Assembly (NCBI RefSeq): GCF_025643275.1
Contig: NZ_CP089977.1
Span: 900,001 to 932,000 of the forward strand
Reading direction: 5' to 3'
Length of the DNA: 32,000 nucleotides
DNA from: Moraxella nasicaprae
GTDB taxonomy: Bacteria; Pseudomonadota; Gammaproteobacteria; Pseudomonadales; Moraxellaceae
The notes under the pieces: generated by a model
Databases searched by the model: none
What the model was told of the DNA's origin: nothing
What the model saw: only the letters and a program-made list of their open reading frames with translations
Shown here: piece after piece, positions 8,629 through 15,066 of the stretch
How positions within the stretch are numbered: position 1 is the first letter of the stretch
Layout: every line of letters begins with the position of its first letter
Position numbers and translations under genes: made by a program

Positions 8629-11600
8629 TTACGCCATTTCTTTCACTTTACTCTCAATAAACGCAATTTCATCATCGCTTAACCCATATTTGGCATAAAG
8701 CTGTTTATCAATCTCAGCAATGGATTGGGACCAATCAATATCAGAATTTTCGGTAAAGTCTTGTAGGGGGACTTTTGACCATTTTTCTTTTGTGTTGTCT
8801 TGGGTAATTTTTAAAACACCCAACATAGTTCGTGCAAATTTGCTTTTTACATATTTTAGGCAATTTTCGGCTTCCAAAAGCGTATTAAAACAACCAATAG
8901 AAATAAAGGTTTCGGTATACCCGATTAGGGGTTCCCCGATTAGGGGTTCCCCGATTAGGGGTGTGCTTAGAACTTCACCAATTGCCCCAGAACCGTTGGC
9001 TTTGGGTAAAATGACCTTAAAAGACCCCAAGTTCTCAGGCTCGCTTAAATAGGCTTTTTTGAACCATTTAAAGCATCTCTCATTTTCAAAACGCCCTAAA
9101 ATCTGAATGTATTCTTCGCCATCATCAGGTTTTTCATCTGTAAATAAATGTGGTAATTTCACAAACGCATTGGAAGCAATTCGTCTATCTGAAATTTGTT
9201 CCATATCTTTTGGATAGTCTCTATAAATTTTATCTGAATAACGATATTGTCCACGATTGGTAACAATTTCATCTAATGTATTTTTCGTTAATTTGCCAAC
9301 TTTTTGAGAAATGGTATTCAATTCATTGAATGTTGTAAATGTACCAATCGCCCCAAACTCCTGATGTATATCACGACATAAAATCGCAATACCACCTTTA
9401 ATATCAGTATTGGCAAAAACATTTTCGGATTTTTGTTCAAAATAAACCACTTTGATATGCTTATCATTAAGCATTTTTTCATTCCAATTTTTATCGGTAC
9501 TTCCTGCATTAAATAAAAATCGTGCTGGCGAAATCAAACAATATTTATCAGAATTTTTTTCAGCCAAATCATAAAAATAATGATAAATTGGGGTATCTTT
9601 TGTGCTTTCGCCCTTTGCATTTTCCTGATAAGGTGGATTACCCACTACAACATCAAATTTCATTGCTTTTCCAAAAATTTCTGTTAATTTTTCATTAAAA
9701 TCTAATTCGCCTTTGGCATAAGGCGTGGTATCCAAATGCACAATATGGCTATGGTCAAACTCACCAGCCTTATCCAATCCCAAAATAAAGTTTTTGGCGA
9801 TATTATAAATAATCTCACTTGGAGCAAAACCATAGACTTGATTGGCAAAAATGTGTTTGAGCCTTGCTTTATCATCAGGAATATGATTTTTTAAACCTTG
9901 ATACAAGCGTTTGACAATCTCGGTAATATACAACCCTGATTTCATATACAAATCGGCAAATGTGATATCAGGATTTTTAAAAATATCAGGATTTTCGCTT
10001 TCAAATTTGTCCATCATCATTTTTACCACCCATTTTGGCGTAAAAATCTGATTGGTTTTTTGTGGCGGAATATAATCAAAAATGTCTTCGCTTTGATTTT
10101 CATCAAAATAGTTGGCTAATGCTTGGCGTTTATTCAAAAACTCTTGCACAGAAGTATCAAACACCTGCTCATCAAAAAGTTGATGTTTGTCTCGCAAAAT
10201 GCGAAATTCATCAATCGTAATGTCTGTAACTTCTTTAAACACACGATCTGAAATATGCATATCAAAATTTGCCAATCTGGTATGTTCATTACCATATGCC
10301 ATCAAAAAAGACGGAATGGTACGACTAAACCCACGCAAACGCCCACGCATATCATCTTCCACCTTATCTTGCTTATTTTGCTCGGCTTTTTGTAGAATGC
10401 TTTCGGTGCTGTTTTGGGTAAATTCAGCGACTTTTATATTGACCGTTTCGCTGATTTTATTTTGCAAATCTTGGGTTATTGATTGTGTTTTGATTTCATA
10501 TTCATTTTGGATTTGCTGTTTTTGATCGTCGGTTTTGGCATTTTTTAATTCATTTTCAAATTGAATTTTGGCAACATTTTGTTCAATTCTGCTGTACTCT
10601 TGAAGTTTTTGCACTTCATTGACAAGCATTTTACTTTGTTCTTTAACCACTTTTTCGGCAAATTTTTCACTTACGCCTATTTCTTTTGCCAAATCTTTAA
10701 AGGCACTTTGCGTATTTTGTGTTAAGACATCGGTTAATTGAGTTGCCAAATTTTGATTATCTAAATTTGCTGTATGAATAATATCGTGCGTGGCGGTTTT
10801 AATATCACCATACACTTTTTCGCCAAAACGAGCATTATTGGTATTTACCACGATTTCATTATCAACCAACGCCTTGCCATTTTCATCTAATTGAACACCC
10901 TGCGTATCAATCGGTGTATTAGTTTTATTGGGCGTCATTTTACCTGCTTCAACAGGATTGATTTGTTCCAAAATTTGACGAATTTCTTCATTGTTTGCCC
11001 CAAAAATCCGCCCCACATTTTGAAATAACAAATTACTCAAAAAGCCTTTTCTAACCACCTCATTGGCTTTAATTATCTTTGGAATGGTCAAAACCTGATT
11101 GACATCAAGCTCTATCATTTTGCCATCTGCATCTTCGGCAATGACTGGAAAAAAGTTTAATAATTCACGGATATTCTCTTCACGATTTTGATTAGTACCG
11201 CTACCGCCCCTTGTATTTTTGGATAAATTATTAGCAAATTCATCATAAATAATGAGCGTGCGTTCTGGTGCAAAATCAAAGACATAGGCATTTTTCTTTT
11301 GATAAACTTGCCCATTTTGTTCATATTGCCACGCATTTTGAACTCTAAATGCCGTTTGCATATACAAAGCAGGCGATTTGACATTAGACAACATCAAAAC
11401 GGCTGTCCACTCTGGAATGGTTACACCTGTGGTTAATTGCCCAACCGATAAAGTAATGGTTTTGTCATTTTCTTTAATTGCTTTTTTGACACGGTTTAGG
11501 GCTGTACTGCTGATGACATCGGTTTCATCGCCACGACCATCGCCTGCCGCCAGCACAATCTTATAATGCTCAAAAACAGGGTGATTTTTTAATAATTTGG

Positions 11601-12924
11601 CTAGGGCTTTGGCACTGTCCACACGATTTAATAACCAAAATGTGTGTTTTAATTCATCTCGCAACGCTTTGGTAGAAAAAGGATATTTTTCATTTTGACT
11701 TAATGTATTAAGCCATTTTTCCACTTCTTTTTTGTGGATAAAATACCCTTTATCATCGGTGGCAAAAAACTCATTTAAATCAAAAGCAAAATCCCTATTT
11801 TCGCCATCAATATCCGCCCCTTGACCGACTTTATCGCTTATCATTTGGCTCATTTGATAGCTAAATAGATTTAAAGTAGGTAAAGCTGCATAGGGATTAT
11901 GTGCCTCGCCGCACCATTGTGATTTGGCTTTTTGCTCATCGGCATAAGTCCAATTATAAATCTCATCTTGGGCAAACTGTCCACTTGCCAATGCCTTAAA
12001 GGGCGTACCTGACAAATGTAAGGTAAAATCACGATTGATTTGCTCAAATGCCAAATCGGTTTTAAAGGTATCCACCCCTTCGTGAGCTTCATCAATCACG
12101 AGTAAGTCCCATTGTAATGATTTAACCCATTCTAATTTATCAAATTTTCCGCCAAAACAAATTGCCCCTTTTAAATCTTGCAGCGAAATAAAAGCAATCA
12201 TCTGTTTTTTGCCATTGGGTTTGCTTGTTTGGTCAAGAAATTCATCACGAGTTAAAACAGGGCGTTCTTTTAGGGTATCCGCTGTTGAAACAAACGCAAA
12301 ATCGCTTTGCCACGCAATGAATTTTTCAAAATCATCAAACCAAGAATGGGCAATGGCTGGGCGATTGGTAACAATCAAAACGGTTTTGGCATTTAACTTT
12401 CTGATTAAATCATAAGTCGTTAAAGTTTTACCAAATCTGGGTTTGGCATTCCACAAAAATTCACCATTTGGATTATTTTGAAAATATGCCAAAGTTTGAT
12501 TAACGGCTTCCGATTGTTCCTGCCGTAATTGATATTCTAATTGTTCGTTTTCTTGATTAAAGTTTTGGGCAACAAAATCATTAAAATCCACCAAACTTTG
12601 CTTGGGTGTGCCATTATAAAAAAACCATTCGGTATTGGGTTTATTTTTTATCTTTTTATATTTTTTTAGATAAGAATGCAATTGGTGGTCGCTAAAAATA
12701 CGATTATCAGCAAATCGTGCCACGCTATGCCACAATAAATCATAATCCAAATCTACCGTGCCCACCTGCTCTTTGATGCGTGTATTAACATCTTGACGCT
12801 CGGTATAGCCGATTTTTATCCAACCTTCTTTGCTTTTAACATCAGGCAAAGCATAAGCATAAATTTGTGGAAAAATCAGTTTACTGGTATTAATTTGGGT
12901 TTTATCAACATTCATAACCATCAC
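8629..12924 (-). CDS. Fusion protein: T5orf172/GIY-YIG-like module, SF2 DEAH helicase, coiled-coil spacer, gamma-class N6-adenine DNA methyltransferase and C-terminal recognition domain (Type ISP-like restriction-modification/defence enzyme)
   Basis: 1431-aa ORF. aa 18-105 read IYAYALP..WIKIGYTERQDVNTRIKEQ..HQLHSYL..NTEWFF (T5orf172/MUG113 pattern). Helicase motifs are Walker A PRFGKT (aa 162-167), VIDEAHEG (276-283), SGTP (305-308) and QTAFRVQN (523-530). aa ~640-860 are Q/N/K/E-rich. Methyltransferase motifs are IFTPKWVV (960-967) and FDVVVGNPPYQ (1090-1100; NPPY is nt 9628-9639). The C-terminal tail LYAKYGLSDDEIAFIE is typical of Eco57I/TaqI-type methylases. The start is ambiguous among GTG 12924, ATG 12921 and ATG 12915; the last has the best spacing from a GGAG. 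Confidence 0.85.
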   Translation of the reverse strand: MMVMNVDKTQINTSKLIFPQIYAYALPDVKSKEGWIKIGYTERQDVNTRIKEQVGTVDLDYDLLWHSVARFADNRIFSDHQLHSYLKKYKKIKNKPNTEWFFYNGTPKQSLVDFNDFVAQNFNQENEQLEYQLRQEQSEAVNQTLAYFQNNPNGEFLWNAKPRFGKTLTTYDLIRKLNAKTVLIVTNRPAIAHSWFDDFEKFIAWQSDFAFVSTADTLKERPVLTRDEFLDQTSKPNGKKQMIAFISLQDLKGAICFGGKFDKLEWVKSLQWDLLVIDEAHEGVDTFKTDLAFEQINRDFTLHLSGTPFKALASGQFAQDEIYNWTYADEQKAKSQWCGEAHNPYAALPTLNLFSYQMSQMISDKVGQGADIDGENRDFAFDLNEFFATDDKGYFIHKKEVEKWLNTLSQNEKYPFSTKALRDELKHTFWLLNRVDSAKALAKLLKNHPVFEHYKIVLAAGDGRGDETDVISSTALNRVKKAIKENDKTITLSVGQLTTGVTIPEWTAVLMLSNVKSPALYMQTAFRVQNAWQYEQNGQVYQKKNAYVFDFAPERTLIIYDEFANNLSKNTRGGSGTNQNREENIRELLNFFPVIAEDADGKMIELDVNQVLTIPKIIKANEVVRKGFLSNLLFQNVGRIFGANNEEIRQILEQINPVEAGKMTPNKTNTPIDTQGVQLDENGKALVDNEIVVNTNNARFGEKVYGDIKTATHDIIHTANLDNQNLATQLTDVLTQNTQSAFKDLAKEIGVSEKFAEKVVKEQSKMLVNEVQKLQEYSRIEQNVAKIQFENELKNAKTDDQKQQIQNEYEIKTQSITQDLQNKISETVNIKVAEFTQNSTESILQKAEQNKQDKVEDDMRGRLRGFSRTIPSFLMAYGNEHTRLANFDMHISDRVFKEVTDITIDEFRILRDKHQLFDEQVFDTSVQEFLNKRQALANYFDENQSEDIFDYIPPQKTNQIFTPKWVVKMMMDKFESENPDIFKNPDITFADLYMKSGLYITEIVKRLYQGLKNHIPDDKARLKHIFANQVYGFAPSEIIYNIAKNFILGLDKAGEFDHSHIVHLDTTPYAKGELDFNEKLTEIFGKAMKFDVVVGNPPYQENAKGESTKDTPIYHYFYDLAEKNSDKYCLISPARFLFNAGSTDKNWNEKMLNDKHIKVVYFEQKSENVFANTDIKGGIAILCRDIHQEFGAIGTFTTFNELNTISQKVGKLTKNTLDEIVTNRGQYRYSDKIYRDYPKDMEQISDRRIASNAFVKLPHLFTDEKPDDGEEYIQILGRFENERCFKWFKKAYLSEPENLGSFKVILPKANGSGAIGEVLSTPLIGEPLIGEPLIGYTETFISIGCFNTLLEAENCLKYVKSKFARTMLGVLKITQDNTKEKWSKVPLQDFTENSDIDWSQSIAEIDKQLYAKYGLSDDEIAFIESKVKEMA
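8921..8963. repeat. In-frame 15-bp tandem repeat (CCCGATTAGGGGTTC x2 plus 13 nt) encoding (PLIGE)x~3
   Basis: The direct tandem copies at 8921-8935 and 8936-8950 are identical. A third copy at 8951-8963 diverges at 8964. The repeat translates on the minus strand as PLIGEPLIGEPLIG (aa 1322-1335 of the 1431-aa protein). Confidence 0.95.
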
Positions 12925-13835
12925 TCCATAAAATTAACCAATTTTCCCGTTTGCCAATCTTTGATTTTGACAAGTCGTCCTTGATGAACCATAATCTCTT
13001 GTGGTTTTGCTGTATCAAATAAGTCATCTTGAGGATAAGAAACGAGTTGTCTTTTTTGTGATAAGGGAATGGTGCAAGTCAATCCATCCATTTGAAAAAT
13101 GTTATAACTGATGATTTGGGCGACTTGCAGCAATTCATCGATGGACGGCTTGCTCTGCCATTTGTCCATATAAAAATCATAATAGGTTAATAACAAGTTT
13201 TCCCTTGCCAATAATAAAGAGTCGCCATTCCATTCAAATCCATAGCTTGCTTGATAGGCTTTTTTAGCCCAATATTGCCATTGTTTTGGATTGTCAATTT
13301 CTTGATTGATGCGCCTTAATTTCCTATCCAAAAATCCTGCTCGCTCATTCAATTCAATCAATTCGCCTGTTGCCATTTCATAGCGATTGGCAAGATAAGG
13401 GGCTTCACCACAAGTGATTTCAAGCCAAGTTCTCCCAATATAGGTTTTTAAATCATCATCTTTAAAATTTTTGTCCAAAGCATCGTTTTGTTTTTTGACA
13501 ATCCAACTGGGGGTAAAAACTTCTGCCTTAGATTTGGTGCGTTCTTTTTGTTGTGCCTTGGATTTTAAAGCTCTGGGAATGATTAAATTCCCCTGATTGC
13601 CTGTAATCAAATCAGGGGTGATGGGGCAAGTTGCGCCATACTTTTTACCAAGCCCAATATAATTGTCATTTGCCCAAATAATATTCTTTTTCTTTTTGCT
13701 ATAATAAGAAGAGGTTCGGTCTTTTAATAAAACTTCCAAGATTTCTGGAGAGTATTGATACAAATCATTCTCCGACAAATTGGCAATATCAAAATCAATT
13801 GTCATCTTTTGGGGCGTAACTTGTTTATCAATCAT
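12921..13835 (-). CDS. Methyltransferase-like protein lacking the (D/N)PPY catalytic motif; first gene of the two-gene operon
   Basis: 304-aa ORF with ATG at 13833-13835, preceded by GGGGG 6 nt upstream. AEVFTPSWIVKK (aa 104-115) resembles gamma-MTase motif X and parallels IFTPKWVVKM in the downstream protein. WLEITCGEAPYL (137-148) resembles M.TaqI motif I (VLEPACAHGPFL). There is no PP dipeptide anywhere in the protein. Its stop TGA (12921-12923) overlaps the start of the 1431-aa gene. Confidence 0.75.
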   Translation of the reverse strand: MIDKQVTPQKMTIDFDIANLSENDLYQYSPEILEVLLKDRTSSYYSKKKKNIIWANDNYIGLGKKYGATCPITPDLITGNQGNLIIPRALKSKAQQKERTKSKAEVFTPSWIVKKQNDALDKNFKDDDLKTYIGRTWLEITCGEAPYLANRYEMATGELIELNERAGFLDRKLRRINQEIDNPKQWQYWAKKAYQASYGFEWNGDSLLLARENLLLTYYDFYMDKWQSKPSIDELLQVAQIISYNIFQMDGLTCTIPLSQKRQLVSYPQDDLFDTAKPQEIMVHQGRLVKIKDWQTGKLVNFME

Positions 13836-13855
13836 TGCAAGCCCCCAAATTTAGA

Positions 13856-13892
13856 CAACAAAAAACCTACTTCCAAGCGGAAGCAGGTTGTT
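13856..13892 (-). terminator. Intrinsic terminator/attenuator-like hairpin ~25 nt upstream of the operon ATG
   Basis: Minus strand reads AACAA-CCTGCTTCC-GCTT-GGAAGTAGG-TTTTTTGTTG: a 9-bp stem with one G-U pair, a 4-nt loop and a 6-U tract. Confidence 0.65.
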
Positions 13893-13950
13893 AGATGATG
13901 AATGATTAGGCTGTTAAAAGATTGATTTTTAACAAAAAAGTTATGTGGTT

Positions 13951-14160
13951 TTAGCTGAACGGCTGAACGGCTGAACGGCTGAACGGCTGAACGGCTGAAC
14001 GGCTGAACGGCTGAACGGCTGAACGGCTGAACGGCTGAACGGCTGAACGGCTGAACGGCTGAACGGCTGAACGGCTGAACGGCTGAACGGCTGAACGGCT
14101 GAACGGCTGAACGGCTGAACGGCTGAACATTATCGTTTGTCTATCAAAAATAGCAAGCAT
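13951..14160 (-). other. Repeat-containing upstream ORF (candidate regulatory leader ORF, not a structural protein)
   Basis: The ATG at 14158-14160 opens MLAIFDRQTIMF, followed by (SRSAVQPF)x7 encoded by the 8-nt repeat. In the present frame the ORF stops at TAA 13951-13953. There is no strong Shine-Dalgarno sequence. Confidence 0.3.
13954..14128. repeat. Octanucleotide microsatellite (GCTGAACG): 21 complete units plus 7 nt
   Basis: Perfect tandem 8-mers counted directly over 175 nt. The minus-strand unit is CGTTCAGC, which has no stop codon in any frame. Confidence 0.98.
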
Positions 14161-14224
14161 ATTTTAAGAAAAATCCAACAAAATACGCCCTATACTACAA
14201 TATTTTTGCACAGAATTAAAGTGG

Positions 14225-14259
14225 TAAAAAAATCCCCCAAACAACTTGCTTGGGGGATT
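14225..14259 (-). terminator. Rho-independent terminator of tRNA-Ser
   Basis: Minus strand reads ATCCCCCAA-GCAAGTTGT-TTGGGGGAT followed by a T-run of 6-7, beginning 9 nt after the tRNA CCA end. Confidence 0.8.
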
Positions 14260-14267
14260 ATCGTATA

Positions 14268-14358
14268 TGGCGGTGAAGAAGGGATTTGAACCCTTGATAC
14301 GCTATTAACGTATACACACTTTCCAGGCGTGCGCTTTCGACCACTCAGCCACTTCACC
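14268..14358 (-). tRNA. tRNA-Ser (anticodon GGA), class II with long variable arm, CCA encoded
   Basis: I folded the minus-strand sequence by hand. Acceptor stem is GGTGAAG/CTTCACC. The D stem has 3 bp. The anticodon stem is CACGC/GTGTG with loop CTGGAAA, giving anticodon GGA. The variable arm is 5 bp (ATACG/CGTAT). The T arm is AAGGG-TTCAAAT-CCCTT. The discriminator is G, followed by CCA. Total length 91 nt. Confidence 0.93.
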
Positions 14359-14368
14359 AGTGGGCGTT

Positions 14369-14397
14369 ATTATATCGCTAAGCCAGCAAAATTGCAA
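14369..14397 (-). promoter_or_regulatory. Sigma70-type promoter of tRNA-Ser
   Basis: Minus strand reads TTGCAA (14392-14397), a 17-nt spacer, then TATAAT (14369-14374). A GC-rich discriminator (AACGCCCACT) runs into the tRNA 5' end. Confidence 0.6.
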
Positions 14398-14400
14398 GAC

Positions 14401-14814
14401 TCACGCATCAGGCAAGCGTGCCATCCAAATCGATACCGCAAGACAAATCGCCCCAACCAAGCCTGCCACCCATAGTTTACCATCAGGCAGGCTAAACAAC
14501 AGCACCACCACAGACACGCTCATCATGCCCCACGCCATGTATTTGGCAAATCTTGGCATCGCACGGCGTTCTTGCCAATCCATAATCATCTTGCCAAAAA
14601 TCTTATGTCGCAATAAATAAGCATAAAATCGACGAGAGCTTTTTGCCCAGCAGTAAGCTGCTAATAAAATAAACACCGTCGTTGGTAAACCTGGCACAAC
14701 CACACCCAGCAAACCTAGACCAAAAAACATCACACCCAAGCCAAAAAACACACCCCGCATGAGGGCGTTTTGGTGCAAAGGATTATTGGGCGATTGTTTC
14801 ATGACACTAAGCAT
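14401..14814 (-). CDS. ybaN: DUF454 family inner-membrane protein (YbaN-like)
   Basis: 137-aa hydrophobic ORF. GLPTTVFILLAAYCWAKSSRRFYAYLLRHKIFG matches the YbaN/DUF454 signature region. An alternative start is the ATG at 14802. Confidence 0.8.
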   Translation of the reverse strand: MLSVMKQSPNNPLHQNALMRGVFFGLGVMFFGLGLLGVVVPGLPTTVFILLAAYCWAKSSRRFYAYLLRHKIFGKMIMDWQERRAMPRFAKYMAWGMMSVSVVVLLFSLPDGKLWVAGLVGAICLAVSIWMARLPDA

Positions 14815-14943
14815 TCTTGGATTTGCCTGTTGGTAAAAAATGAAGAGTTATTGTAGCCAAATTCATGGCACACCAACAGTAGAAAATTTCAAATAGTCCG
14901 ATTAACAAAATATGATAACAGTCTGACTCCAAAAAGTAAAATA

Positions 14944-14962
14944 AAAATGATTATTATTTGCG
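14944..14962. promoter_or_regulatory. Candidate Fur box upstream of hemO
   Basis: AAAAATGATTATTATTTGC matches the 19-bp consensus GATAATGATAATCATTATC at 13 of 19 positions (hand alignment), ~105 nt upstream of the hemO ATG. Confidence 0.4.
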
Positions 14963-15066
14963 GGAAAATACTTTACTTTTTAGATGATGTTTGATAAATT
15001 ACAACGGTATTTTGGCTAAATAATAAGCATACTTTTTTTCAAAATCATCGTCAAGGAAATACAAAA

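Noticed and set aside
8720-9052. 110-aa plus-strand ORF containing IRGSPIRGSPIRG
   Set aside because: It lies antisense within the 1431-aa gene, and its repeat is the mirror image of the 15-bp PLIGE repeat. It has no independent coding evidence.
13954-14128. Tandem repeat array considered as a CRISPR array
   Set aside because: The units are 8 nt, perfectly contiguous and without spacers, and there are no cas genes in the window. It is a microsatellite, not a CRISPR array.
13951-14160. 69-aa ORF translating the 8-mer tract as (SRSAVQPF)x7, considered as a genuine repeat protein
   Set aside because: Its periodicity is simply the 8-nt microsatellite read in frame, and any frame gives the same peptide cycle. 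It has no convincing Shine-Dalgarno and ends immediately after the tract. I retain it only as a possible regulatory leader ORF, not as a structural gene.
8544-14358. tRNA-linked integrative element or prophage remnant
   Set aside because: No integrase, excisionase, transposase or phage genes are present. By eye, I could find no direct repeat of the tRNA-Ser 3' end at the distal (bioA) boundary.
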